From contig NGBS01000898.1 in NCBI GenBank assembly GCA_002245135.1, forward strand, positions 1-44,246: DNA of 44,246 nt, written 5' to 3'. Position numbers and translations under genes: made by a program. Positions 13,583 through 27,837 of the stretch are shown here, in pieces. Below the pieces are notes generated by a model, which worked only from the letters and a program-made list of their open reading frames with translations, ran no database searches and had not been told where the DNA came from. The stretch comes from Proteromonas lacertae. Lineage: Eukaryota. Each line of letters starts with the position of its first letter. Within the stretch, counting starts at the first letter, position 1.

Positions 13583-14339
13583 CTTTATGTAAATATATAA
13601 CAAAAATAACGAAATTCGATTTTTATCAAAATTTTGAATAACCCAAAAATTAAAATGTGATTTAATTCAAGTGCAGATGGTGTGATAAAGACAATAATTC
13701 TCAATTCTGATTTATTAATGCATATCGTATATGATATGATGATATAAATGATGAATGTTTAGTTTTAGTATCAGTTAGTGTTGTTGAGAGTGAAATATAA
13801 TATGAAAATGTTAATTAATATTTGTTGATGTAATTAGATGTTTCTAGAAGATATAAGAGAGATAAATTCAAGATTTATCTAGTAGTGTAATATTTGCTAA
13901 TATGTGAATGTGAATGAGTAGTAGTATTTATCAATTTAATTCTGATTTTAATAAACTCCTCTTTCTTCATTAATAAAAATTCTGAAACGACTAAATATTT
14001 TGAAATATCAAACATATTTGAGAAATGTTTTTGCTTAAATGAAGTGATCTATTCACTATTCTCACCAAATACTATTGTATTTTAATAAAATAATCTTTGT
14101 AGATAAAAGAAAGAGTATAAAAGAATATCAATGAAGTGTGTTTAGTAATAGAACGTATTGAAGATATAAAAATGATGAAATGTATGAATGTGACTGAAAT
14201 AAAATAAAAGAATATACTGAATTTCGTAGATAGTAACTCCTTATAGTTATATTGTAGTTTTGTCACTATACTTCCATTTAAAACACCTCAGATGAATATT
14301 GTTAGTGGATGTATGATATTAGAAAGAGATTATTAGTTA

Positions 14340-15625
14340 AGAGAGTTAGAGTAGATAGTTGAAAGTAACACTTTTAGAGAAAGTGATATTTGTAGTATGA
14401 TGTATAGAAAATGTGATATAATGATGATATTGAATGAATATGTATTATTGATAAGTAATTAGAAGAGTAGTAATATGGTGTATGAAGAAGGTGGTGAATT
14501 AAATATATGTGATTTGTTTTTAAACACATTAAAGAAAGAAGAAGAAATGAGAATATATGTTTCAAAATCACCAAAAGAGTTGAATGGATATGAGTGTAAT
14601 GATAGAAGTGTGATTAGGTCAATTGGCTGTATATTATATGAAATGATTTTAAAGAAATTACCATTTAATGAATATGATAATATGAATAAAACAATGAATA
14701 ATATTGTGAGATGTAAATACAGTTTAGATATAGAATATGATGAAATGATGCAAGAAATGCTAGAAAGAATGTTGAGAGTGAAGAGTGAATATAGATTGAG
14801 TTTAATAGAGTTGAATAAAGAAATGATGATATGTAAAGAAAGAAAAGAAATGATGTATAAAAATGATTATAAAATTATAAAGCTTCCAGTAATATATCCA
14901 CCAAAATATAATATTGAAAGTGATAAGAGTGAAGAAATTCGAGATTTATTGATAGAATCATACAACAATAAACGAAATGAAAGAATATTGTGAATATTAT
15001 TGATGATGAAAATATTGAAATGCGATTATTTAATATGTGATAAAATGAAATTCCAAATTGAACACCAACATGAAGAAGGAAAAGAAGAATGTTATTTAGA
15101 TGAAATGTTGTTTAATGTTAATAGAAGGAAAATGATAATTAATTGAAAGTGTTTCTGTTTATGTGAAGAAGGAATTTGTTATTTCTTTAGAATAATGAAA
15201 TTAATTAATCTAATTGAACTTATATTTGGTATTATTGATTATCATCTATTATTCTAGATAATGTAAAAATACTAAAAGAATATCAATACTTATTCTTATC
15301 TCTTATTTCTGAATTAACAAATCTGAAAGAATTGTATTTAAATAGATTTGATCTTTCTTTTCATTTCATTGAATTGAATTATTAATTAAATCGATTCCAT
15401 GAATGAGATTGAAATATATAAATCTTGAATGTATTTAAAGATGATGAATTAGATGTTAGATGAATGAATTAAAATGCTCAATCATTAGTATTACTATCAA
15501 AAGAATTGTACAAATATACAAATCTAAAACAAATAAATCTTGCTTATGATATCTTTACTAATTTAAATGTATTAAAAGCATTATATTCAAAATTTCCGCA
15601 ATCTAAGATAAAATTGTGTAAATGA
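14340..15625 (+). pseudogene. Decayed NEK-like kinase + LRR gene
   Basis: Kinase remnants YEEGGEL and SPKELNGYECNDRSVIRSIGCILYEMILKKLPF..ML..EYRLS, with no intact HRD/DFG. Broken LRR pieces (ELTNLKELYLN, YTNLKQINLAY) downstream. Boundaries approximate. Confidence 0.6.
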
Positions 15626-16581
15626 GGTAGTGGGAATAAGTAATTATATTATATTATTGTGGAAATTTAATAAAGATAATAACACTTAATTTACTGAAAG
15701 AATAGAATTATGTGATAATGACACTCTTTATCTTCAACAGTGTTTCACCTATCTTTTCTCTTTTATTCCATCACCTTCATTATATCACATACTCACGCAA
15801 GTTGAATTATAAACAAATAACTCCTTAACAACTATTCAAATATAACAAACAAATAAATCAAGTTTAATATATTCTCTAGTTATTTTATATCACCAATATA
15901 TTCATCATATCATCAGAAAATTCATTTTTAATATATTAAAACGAGTACACTTTATTGAGCCTATCATTTGAATATTACCCAATACTATTCCTTTTCAAAT
16001 TAACCAATCATCTTATATTAGTTGAAAATCTTGTTATTATCAAGGCTACAATGACTAAAAGAAGAATATTGTTGAAATTAGTTGTTTTATGTAAATAGTC
16101 ATAAATAATATTAGCATATTTGATATAGAACAGTTTTTTGGTAAAGATTAAACACTTAAAGTGTATAATTGCATATTTATTCATTTTATTGAATAAGAAC
16201 AAAAACACTGATGTTGGTGATGTAATTTTTTTAGTAAAAAAGAAAAAAAGATTTTTAAAAGTGATTCACTATTCCATTAGAATGAAGTATGAGATTGTAT
16301 GGTTATTTATTTTATCATTTAAGATGTTTATACATTCATTTTACTCAGTTTAAAATAGAGAGTTATTTAATATGGGTATAAAGTGGATAAAATGATGATA
16401 TCCTAATTATACATTATCCTGTTGAGAAATTTTAAAAATATTAATATTAAAACGAAAATATAGAGATAAGCCTCATTAAGAGAAATAATCCAATAAAATT
16501 CCGTCAGTTGAGATTTATTCTTTAATTTCAAAATTATCAAAAATCTGATGAATAATAATTGCAAATTGATAAGTATAAAAG

Positions 16582-19500
16582 ATGTATATAATAAATAGTT
16601 TGTATTTTGAATATTTTAAGTTTGAGTGGTTTAGTTTTGTGTGAAGCTGCTACTTTTGATGTTGAAATATGCAGTTTTCAACCACCAACACTTCCTCCAA
16701 CAGCAACTCCTATGCCTACAAAACCTCTTCCTACATATGCCACTTTGAAACCTACCACCAAAGATCCAAGCAGTACAACATCTCTAGAAGTAACAACTAC
16801 TCCATCAGGTGATGATGATGATTATACAGGACAAACAACTTCACCATCTACAACAAAAGAACCAGAAACAACAACAACACCAAAAGTAGAGTAACAACAA
16901 CTCCAAGTGGTGATGATGGTGGAGGTGATGGTGATAATACAGGTGAAGAAGCAACGACAACACCAAGTAAAGGTGAAGCAACAACTACTCCAAGTAAAGA
17001 AGAACCAACAACCACAGCAAAAACAGATGCAAATGAAGGTGGTGATGAAACTGACACTCCAGCAGGAGAAGAAGAAGGTAATGATGGTGGAGGTGCTAAA
17101 CGTGGAATGGATGATGATGAAGAAAGATTAATATCACATAAAAGATACTTAGCTGATAAGAATTGGCCAAAGCCTTTTGATGATATTGAAATAAAATCAA
17201 AAGAAGTAATTGATAATTTGTTAAAAGATGCAAAATTTGGTGGTAAAGTTACTTGTATAAAAGTTGAACCAACTTATAAGGATGAAGCAGATAGTAACAA
17301 TAAAGTATATTATACCTTAAAATACACAATTGATGTTGCAGCTGATGCTACAGATCCACAGAAAGAAGCATGGGATGAGTTAAAGAATAGAATAATTACA
17401 AATAATGCTGATGAATTTTATGATCAATTTTCTAATAAAGATGATAAGGAATTATCTTATGGTATTTGTAGTGCTCCAGATTATTTAAAAACTCCAACTC
17501 CATGTTCTTATGCTAAATCCTTATATTTATATACAGTTAAATCTAAAGGATCTGAAACTATAACTCCAGTATTAAATGCTACTAAAGATAATAATATACC
17601 TATTAATTTTACAATAGATTGTAGTAATAATGATGCAGAATATTTAGAATATAATAAGAATGTCAATCAAAATGGTAAAGTTGTTGTTAAATTAGATAAT
17701 GAAAAAGAAAACTATTCACTATGTAAAGTTACTTGTTTAGCAGATGATTTAAATAATGGATATAGATATGGTTATACTTCATTTACTGTTAAAGTCAGTG
17801 AGAATTATCCAACATATAATCCGATGAGTAGTTCAATTCCATCAATTGCTACATCAGATAGAAATATTTCAATATCATTGAAAATGACATATCCAACTAT
17901 TGATAATAGGCCAAATGTAAAAATTCAACTAGATATTGAACCAAAAGATAGAGATGATTGTAGTGTAAAATCTGAAAGTAGTGTAGTAGAAGGAAATAAT
18001 ACTTATATAAAGTTTGATAATATTAGATTTGAATGTAAATCTAGTAGTTCAGAACTTATTAAGTTTAATATGAAATTTACTGATGAAGGTACTAACAATA
18101 AATACATATATGGTTTTGGTGATAAGACTACTCATTCATTTACCAAAGAAATTAGTGTATTACCCAAAGTAACTCAAATTCAAGATGAGAATAAAGGAGC
18201 AGGAGAACATGGAAGTTCAGATGATTTAGAAAATGCAGGTGAAGTACAATATATGTGTGATGATATTACTCCAGCAGATGTTAATGGATTATGTTGTAAA
18301 AGAGATGAGACTTTAGGTGAGTCATGTACAACATCAACAATAGCATTCCCTTTTGAAGTAGAAGGTATGGATGAAAATGAATGGGATAAGTTTGTTAAAT
18401 CATATTTAGATACAATCAGAAGATATGTATTTGATAATACAAATTTTAATTTTGTAAAAGTAGATAGCGAATCTACTTACCTTAAGAAACAAATTCAAAT
18501 TACTATTACGTTTTATGAACGTTATATTTGGCACTATAGTTTCATAGGTACAGAAGATGAACCAGATAGTGTATTATTAAGAAGAAGAGTATTACAATCT
18601 ATGGATGTTAACTGGAAAGTGTTATCATCACCATATGATTATATTAATACATTAGTTTCATTAGTTAATCCAGCTGCAGTTCCAGAAGGAAATTTAGAAC
18701 AAACATTAACACCAGAATTAAAAGAGTTTGTTGCAGCAGATCCAAAATTGAAAAATAAACTTGAAGCAGCTAAAGAAGAAGTTCCTCAGAAAGTAGCTGA
18801 AACAACAGCAAAAGCTGAAGAAAGTAGTGGTGTTAAAATTACATTTAATGTGAATGAAGGTGTGTCAATTAAAACTGATGTAAAAGTAGGAACTTCAGGT
18901 GCAACAAAGGCAATTATTGTAAAAACACCTGCTCCACCAGAAGATAAGCCTTGGGCAGAAGAATATTGGTGGGTGATATTAATAATATGTGTAGGAGGTG
19001 TTTTATTAATCGGAATAATAATAGCAATAATAGTTGTATCTGTTTCAAGTAGTGGATCAAAATCAAGTGGTGTAAGTGGCAATTCAAAGAAAGATATAGA
19101 AAAGAGTGAAAAGATAATGGAAACAGTAATTCCAATTGAAAAGATCAAAGAAGAAAATGGAATAAGTGATGATGATATATATAAACCATTTAGTTATGAA
19201 GTAATAATGGAAGGATATTTATTGAAAGAAGGTCGAGATCGAGTATTAGGAAAATGGCAGCGAAGATATTGTGTATTATATTTTGATCCAGCAATAATGA
19301 GAATCTATGATTCAATGGTTCCTAGTTATTATGGCAAAGTATATATTGATGAGAAACAAAGTATTCCATTAGATTGTTATAATGGAATTGAATATAAAGA
19401 TGGGAAAAGTGAATTTACCTTATTATTGAAAGTTCGAGATTCTTCAATCAAATCCTTTGAATCAGGTGATAAAGATCGAAAGATTCATTTAAAAGTAGAA

Positions 19501-19713
19501 GGTGAAAATAGTATAGAAACAGCAAAGAAATGGGTAGAATGTTTTAGAGATTTTAAAAATCAAAAACCTAAAAGTGGTGAAGCTTGGACAAGACCATTGA
19601 TAATTGATGAAAGTAATGGAAAGATCACAACAAGTACAAGTAAAGCCGCAGAAAGGAAGAATGAAGATATTGTAATGAAAGCTCAACAAAGAAGACAAGC
19701 TCATGCTAATTAG
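16582..19713 (+). CDS. Mucin-like type I membrane protein with cytoplasmic PH domain (~1040 aa); 1-nt frameshift near 16890
   Basis: Hydrophobic leader, T/P-rich region, Cys-containing ectodomain, TM WWVILIICVGGVLLIGIIIAIIVVSV and PH motif VIMEGYLLKEG..KWQRRYCVL..AKKWVECF. The frame from 16891 is continuous with ORF 17107. Exact start uncertain. Confidence 0.75.
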
Positions 19714-19926
19714 ATTTATTAATAATAGTATAATATATACAAATCTACATAAAATATATTTCATTTTATATTATTTATTGTTAATCTATACTTTTCATAT
19801 CATACATTTTATTATCTTTATAATTACCAACTCCTTTATCAATTATTAGATGAAATGGAGGATAATAAAACAAAGATATTAAATTGAAAAATTAAAATAA
19901 TAAACTAATTACTGTATTTGTAATAT

Positions 19927-20990
19927 CTAAATTAAATAATCAAATAATGATTTTATTGTATTATTTGATTTTGTTCTTTTCTCTAAAGTCTTTATATTCT
20001 TATTATTCATCTCAGAAAGATTCTCTTTTGTATTTTCATAATTTTTACTAAATATTTTATGACATAATAAATCTTCTGGTAATGGTCTATCATTTGGATC
20101 ACTTTTTAAACACAATGATAAAAAATCAACAACATCTTTTGGCCAATAACTTATATCAATTCTACATACATTAACATAATTATTAAAACCATTATCAAGT
20201 AGTTTTAAGATTGATTTACAGTGATTTGGATCATAGATAAGATATCGATGAGATATTAATGCAAAGAAACATACACCAACACACCAACTATCTCTCTTTC
20301 TGGCATCATAACTTTCATTTCGACAAATTTCTGGACTTGTATAATATGGTTTACACACTGATTTACTACATGTCCAATCTTTCATTATTTCTGCTAATCC
20401 ATAATCTAAAAGTATTGCATGGTCATCATCTCTTAAAACTATGTTTTCTAAGGTAATATCTAGATGACAGATTTTGTGACTATGAAGAAAGGAACACATC
20501 ACTAATAGTTGACGTATTAAATCTACCTTGAAAGCAAGATTTGGTACAAATTCAACTTTTGAGATGTCTGGGTATTTTATAATCTCTTTATTCAATCTAT
20601 CAAGCATATCTCCACCTTTTACATATTCTAGAATAATCACATGACAGTCTTCTTCTTGATTTGAGTAAAACTTCATTTTGGAGTAGAATGATTCTAGTAA
20701 TCCAACTGTATCATCAGGGTCTATATCATTAAGATATTCTAATAAGTGGGCTTCATTGATAGAGTTTTCTTCTCTTTTATCAACCTATAACTGATAAATA
20801 TTTAAAAGATACTATTCTGGTTGCTTTATATACAACATATTTGTTTTTCTCACTCCAAAAACACCTTAGAACAATGACATTTTTTGTTTGTTTGAATTTA
20901 ATATCAGCCTATATGAGTTATTCAATAGTTAGGAATGCATACAATGAAGGTACCTTTCAGGTTGACAATTGTAAGTGCTATTTGAGACAT
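19927..20990 (-). CDS. Divergent non-RD CAMK-like Ser/Thr kinase, 333 aa, 3 exons
   Basis: Exons 20990-20943, 20908-20813 and 20784-19927 (introns 34 and 28 nt) join in frame. Motifs VVYK, NE, LEYVKGGDM, HLDITLEN, DYGLA, YTSPE, DSWCVGV. Confidence 0.85.
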
Positions 20991-21269
20991 GTATGTGAGA
21001 ATAAATCGAATATTCAAAATCGGTTACAAAAATGAATAATGACGATTCTTTTATAGAATGAATATTCAAAAGCGAGATATGTCTTTTTAACAAATAATAT
21101 ACACTTAACATATTAAAAATCTATTTGAAATATTCAGTTAGGTTTAAATCTCTTCAATCAACAATTACTCTCTCAAACCTAAGAAAAGGAATTTTGTTGT
21201 TTTGATTAACAAAAATAAAATGTAAATAAGAGTTAAAAGGAATAATAATTACATCACTTTAATTTATTT

Positions 21270-24200
21270 CTATTCTTCTGGTTGATCATTAGTTTCATCA
21301 GTTGATTGTTGTTCTTTACTTGCACCTTCTGCTGGAACTTCTTCTTCTGTCGCAGGAGGTAGTTCTTCAGATGGAGCTTCATTTACTTCTTGTTGCTGTT
21401 CTTCAGCTGATATTTCCCCTTCAACAGCTTCTTCTGGTGGTTGTTCTTCACCTTCTTCAGGTGGTAATTCTTCAGATGGAGCATCTGCTACATCAGCTTG
21501 ATGCTCTTCTTCTGTAGGTTGTTGTTCTACTTCACCTTCAACTTGAGCTTGTTCTTCAGTTTGTGGTACTTCTCCCTCTGTTTCTGGTGGAAGCTCTTCA
21601 GAAGGAGCATCTGTTACTTCTGCAGGTTGTTCTTCAGGTGGTAGTTCTTCAGATGGAGCATCTGCAATTTCAGCTGGAGTTACTTCCTCTGCTTGAGTTT
21701 CTGTTGTTGGTTGTTCTACAGCTGTACTTTCAGCTGGAGTTTCTTCCTCTGTTGTTGGTGGTAATTCTTCAGATGGAGCATCAGTCACTTCAGCGGGTGG
21801 TTGTTGTTGTGGTTCTGATTCAGCAGGTGGAACAGGTGGTTCAGATGATGCTTCTGGTGGTTGTTCAACTGGAGGTTGCTGTTGTACTTCTGCTGGTAGT
21901 TGTTCCTCTTGTTGTTGTTGAATTGGTTGTGTTTCATATTGTTGTAGTGGTTGTTGTTGATCTTCATTCATTGGTTGTGTCTGTTTCAACTCTTCATCTT
22001 CATTAATTGGATTCATATTGCTATTATTCATATAATTATTGTTGTTATTATTATAATCTTCATTATAATTGCTAATATTACCATCATATAAGTTACTATC
22101 ATTATAAGGACTATCTTGAGGTAAATAAGGGATATTAGGTGTAACAGTTGTGTAAATATTACCTCCCTTTCTTCTTAACATTGTAATTTCAATCTTTAAA
22201 GCATCTACTTCTTTAGATTGTAACTTCACTAATTGAATTAATTTTTCTTTTTCTCTTTGCTCTCTTCTCATCATTGGCTCTTGATCTGCAACATGTACAC
22301 CAGATCCAACACTATTTAATTGTTTTTCTAATGTAAATTGATCGTTGGTTAACTCAGCAATTCTTCTTAAATAAGTTGTATTATCTTCAGTTAAAGATAA
22401 ATTCATTTGTTGATAGTGTTTTAATTGTTTCTTGTATTTTGCATAATTTTCATTATTCTTAGCTTCTTGTGCATGTAACATTTGTTTAAAAGCATCTTCT
22501 TCACGATGATCAGGTTGAGCATCTAATAAATCAAAATCTATAATTTGACCAAACTTTAACATTTGTAAATCACGATTCTTTTCTTCCCATCCAGCTATTT
22601 CTGCTTCTATTAATTTCTTTTTATTTGTTAATTCACTTTGTTCTTTGTGTAAATCTTGATAGGATTTTGATAAGTTAATATTCTCTTGTTTTAATTCTTC
22701 TATTCTATTATGTAAATCATCAATTTTACGATTTGAAAATAATAAACAAGTTGATAAATCAGCTGGTAATTTCAATACTTCAAAAGTATCTTCTCTCTCT
22801 CCTCCTCCATCTTCTTCTTCTTCGCCATTTCCTTCAGATATTGAATTATCTTCTTTCATTGAATTTGAATCTTCACTTTCATTATCTTCATTGTTATTAT
22901 TATTATTACTCTTTGATTTACTATTTTGTTGTGAAACGGTATTATTTTCAGTAACATTTCCATCTTCATTATTCTCATCTATTATTTCTTTATATGATAT
23001 ACAAATCTGATCTAATTTCAATGATAATATGTACATCACTTCATTCAATTGTTGTTGTTTCTCCTTTTGCACTTGAGCTATCTGTTGATTGGTGGTATCT
23101 AATGCTTTTATCAATGTCTTCTGTTTAGCAATCAATCGATCATGAACTCTTTTCAAATCAGTAATTTCCTTTTGATGTTCTGCTAATATATCTTCTTGAT
23201 CTAATCTCTTTTCTCTTAAATCTAAAATACCTTCATAAACAGCTTGATCACAACCTGCAGGACACATTTCTTCATTATCTGAATCATCATCATCAGAGAA
23301 ATCTAAATCTAAATCACTATAATCACTATCAGAATCACTATCATCATCATCATCTCCATTATTGTTTTCTTCCACTTCCTTCTTCTTGTTTCTCTTTATT
23401 TTCCTTTTGTATATCTTTAATAATTGAGCTTCGTAGGTCTTTGAATCGGAAATAATGTTGTTAAATTCTTTCATTAATTCTTCATCTTTTTCTTTCCAAG
23501 CTTCCATTTCTTGCATCTTTTCATCTAATTTTCCTTGACAATCTTCAATCTCATGTGTTATTGATTTACATTCAGTTGTATTCTTATTCAATGATGCTGC
23601 TAATGTAATATCAGAAGATTCAAATGCTTTTAGTACTCTAAATTCTTCATATAAAATTAATATGTAAATTTCAGCTGATAGTAAATCAGATTCTAATCTG
23701 TATCTATCTTCTCTCAATTGTGTGATGGTGTTATCAAATAGTTCAATTGTTCCATCGATATATTTGATAATTCTACCTTTTTCAATAATCAACTTCAACT
23801 TTTCTCTTTCTTTTTCATCATCTGTATAAGATGGTTTTAATAATGAATAATCGTAATATGGTAAAAATGTTGTTGGTAACTTTGGTATATAAGGTTCCAT
23901 TTGTATTGTAACTCTTGGTGATTGGAATGCACTTAATTGTGAGTTTGATACTCTAGATCTTCGTGATATTCTTCTAGCTTGAGATACCCTTCTTACAGCA
24001 TTATTCACACTAGAAGGTGGAGCTGCTTGTGATGGTGGTAATACAGTCAAACGATCTTCTTCTCTAATAATCTCTTTCTTTGGAGCATGTTGTTCTTTAT
24101 AACCGATTAATTCTTCTTGAGTGTAATTTTCTCGCTTTTCTGGCCAATCATCTGTAGTATCAGGTATTTCATATAATGGAATTTGTTCACCTATTTTTTC

Positions 24201-27200
24201 AGATATATCTTTTAATCTTTCATTTGCTATTTTCATCTCATTAATGATAGTTTCTTTCGTATTTCTTAACTTCAATATTCTATCATTATATTGTATTCTA
24301 ATTTGTTGTAAACTTTCTTCTCTCAAACACAACTCTTGGTACTTTTGTTTTGCATTTAATACCACTTCTTTTGGAACTATATAATTTGGAGCACTCTTTA
24401 GTTTATAATCACCTATTGTCAATGCAGCTGTTTCTACTGCTTTCACATCTTCAGGTAGATAATCTTCTTTATTAGGTTGTTTATCTAATAATGCATTCAA
24501 TCTTGCTTTTCTTTCTAATCTCATCATTTTTCTTCTTTCAGCACTTGTTATCTTGTTTGGATCTCTTGGTTGCCACTTAGGTTTAGTCGGTGATCCACCT
24601 CTTTGATTTTGATTTTTATTAGATGATTTAATTGCCATTGAATCTCGTGATTGACTGTTTATTCTTTCTTGTTCATCATGGATTGATTTGAATATATTTA
24701 ATAACTTTTCATTATGTGAAATTGTCCTCAATGATCTGACAGATAAACCAGTCTTAAATGCTTTCACTGAAAATCCTTCAGTATATAATTGTTTCAAATA
24801 ATAATCTCTAACTTTTTCAAATTCCATTTTTCTTCTCAATGAAATCCATTCCATCATTCTATTTACTTCATTGCACATCTCTTCACCTTCTGCTTTCAAT
24901 TCTTCCCAGTAATCATCTTCAATATTTAAATAATCTTGAGCAGTTAATCTCATCTCTGGATTATCATCCATATCAGATCTTCTTAAATCTTCAAAAGATG
25001 TTCGTAAATGTTCAATTTGTTCTCTTACATATTTCTTATGTTTATCAGCTTCAGTCATCCTTTCTTCTTCTTCTTTCTTTAATTTTGCTTGTTCAATAGA
25101 ATAGTATGAATCATTAGTGATTTCTTCAGGTTCTTCTAAACCAGTAATGTCTTTATTATTCACTATTTCTGGTTCTTGTTGGATATTTCCATATTCATAT
25201 TGTTGTTGTGTTAATAAATCATCAAAGTTAACTATGACATTATTGACTGGATTTCTTTTTAAATAATCTTTGTGGAACATCATACATGCATTTAATTCAC
25301 GATTGAATATCTCAGGACTAAATCTAGTAACTACAACTTCACCATCATCTGAAGAAGTAATCATAAAGTTATTATCAAATGAAAAAATAATATTTCTAAT
25401 TCGACCATTATCACCATCATGTAAACATAACTCACTGTAATATTTCATACATTTTTTACTTCTTATTCTTAACCTTCCATTACAATCTCCACAAAATACA
25501 AAATCTTCATCATTAGATACTTTAAGAAACGAAATAGCAGAAGGACTTTCAAAGAAACCAACAGCATATTCTTCATCCCATTTACACTTATATAATCTTG
25601 AGTTATATTCATTATTAGATACACCAACCAGGAAATCAGGAACTGGTTCTACTGGTATTTCAGGTTCTGGCATTGGAGTATCTGGATGTTCTTCTTTCCA
25701 TTTCTTTTCTTCTTCTTCTTTTTGTTGTTTTTCTTCTTCAGTTAACTCTGGCGGTGGTAGTTTATTTCCATCCCAACTATCAGTATTTCCTCCTTCTGGA
25801 GCATAGGCTATTGTCATGATTGTGTCAATATTTTCATAAGTAAAGTTCTTAATTTGTAAACCTTTGAATGTATATTCTCTTTTAGTATAATCTTCAATTG
25901 TGTAGGAAGTTCTATTTCCACTAATTCCTGCACTGGATGGAATATCATTTAATGTAATTTCATAGATATGACATCTTGAACAACCAATTAAAAACTTATT
26001 TTCACTTTTATGCCATTCTATTGAATATATTTCATAATCGAATGATATAAATCCCCACGGAATGCATTTTATGCCACTTATCTTTGTATCAGATTTCTCT
26101 ATAATGAATAACCATAATTTACCATCTCTACTAGTGGTTGCCATGATATTTCCAGTTGCATTAAACTCAATATGAGTTACCTCAGCATTATGTGGCTTAA
26201 TAATATCACTCAACTTCAATTGATCATTATAAATAGATAATATTCTAATAATACCATTAATAAAACCAACAACAAATGAATTTCCAATAGGACATAATGC
26301 CTTAGGAATCCATTTTAAGGAAGTACCATCACAAATATATGGAACATTTTCATCATTGACTGATGTGTATTTATTACTCGTTATTTCTCTTCTGTTGTAA
26401 TAATTCCATACTCGTACTGTACCATCTGAACCAGTAGATGCCATATAATACTGATTTGGAGCACAATCAATACCTTTTACATGAGATCCGTGAAATTCCC
26501 AAATAATTTCAGGTTTACTGTCTTTTTCTTCCATTTCTTTATCTGTTAGCTTTAATACACTACCACAGGCGTTTTGTATTAACCAAAAATTAGAACAGTG
26601 AACCATTGACACTACACATATATCATCTCCTAAATAAATTTCTCTATAAGGTGTTATATCGATTCTTGGTCGATCATCTGTGATTTCTGCTTGATTTACA
26701 TCTTCATACTTCCACCATCTAATATATCCATCTTCACCAGAAGTGATGAAATATTCATTACCATTTTCATTGTATAGTAAAACTACATAAATTATACCAT
26801 TATGTGGATTATAACCATCATCCATGTAGATTTCACATTTTATGAAATTACCATCCCACAATAGTAACACACCTTTTTCTGTACCAGATAAAACCTTTCC
26901 ATCGTGTAACTCAGCAAATCCGTGAATATCACTTAGTTCTACCTTACCAAACTTACCAATTTCACCTTGAAGCTTTAAACCTGTAAATGTTCGTGCCATT
27001 TGCCAAAATCTAATATGTCCTACACCAGAAGAGGCTAAGAAACCATCTCCTCTTGGTGAAAACTGAATGTTGTAGATATCTTGACTGAATGCTTTACATT
27101 TCTGAATAATTTGCTCTTTTTCCCAATCCCATACTGTTAACAAAAAATCTGGGTAACTACCTATTGTAGCTAATTTATCTCCTGATTTATTGAAATTGGC

Positions 27201-27723
27201 ACAGTTGTAAGCTCTTTCTGTTCCTTTCTTTAGGATTTTATATATGTTATACATTGGATAGCCATATATGTAAACATTCGGAAATGTACCTCTTTCACAA
27301 CATGCAAAGTATCTATGGGATGGATGTAAGGCTACAGCTCCAATACCTCCACCATCAATACCAAATATGTAATGTATTTCTTTTGTAACCAAATCTAAAA
27401 GCATTAAATTATTAAAAAACATATATGTATACTCTGAATTTGTACAGTATTACCTGCACCATATAATATAGTATTATCATCTATTGCAAATAAGTTGAAT
27501 AGTTTCTGAGACTCAAAACCAAAACTGGTATAAAAACATGCACATTTCCTATTAATTTCATCTTCACGTAAAGGATGAGCGATATTTGTTATATTATAAC
27601 CAACATTTTCTGTCTTCTGTTCTTCATTTTGATCTACAGGAGGTGTTTCTGTATTTTCAATATTATCTTTATGTTCTGCTTCATTTTCACTCTATAAAAG
27701 GTTAAAAATGGATATAATACCAT
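21270..27723 (-). CDS. CFAP44: Cilia- and flagella-associated protein 44 (WDR52), 2128 aa
   Basis: Exons 27723-27721 (ATG only), 27691-27433 and 27394-21270 (introns 29 and 38 nt). WD40 region with GHIRFWQMARTFTGLKLQGEIGKFGKVELSDI, YSIEQAK, IGDYKLKSAPNY, CPAGCDQAVYE, MLKFGQ, LRRKGG. Confidence 0.93.
21355..21783 (-). repeat. Five dispersed (D/E)APSEELPP coding repeats in the acidic CFAP44 tail
   Basis: Seen in the translation and as recurring GGTGGTA(A/G)TTCTTCAGATGGAGC-like units on the + strand. Confidence 0.85.
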
Positions 27724-27837
27724 TATTATATTTTAAAAATAAAAAAAAAAGTTCAGTAACGTCTTTGAATCAAGCTTTCTCGAGTCAAAGTAACATCTTT
27801 TTTAATTATTGTCGTTTTAGTTTTTCTCAAATAGTAA
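27724..27837. promoter_or_regulatory. Probable bidirectional promoter (114 bp)
   Basis: Divergent ATGs at 27723 (-) and 27838 (+). Contains AGTAACGTCTTT 27755-27766 and GTCAAAGTAACATCTTT 27784-27800. Confidence 0.55.
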
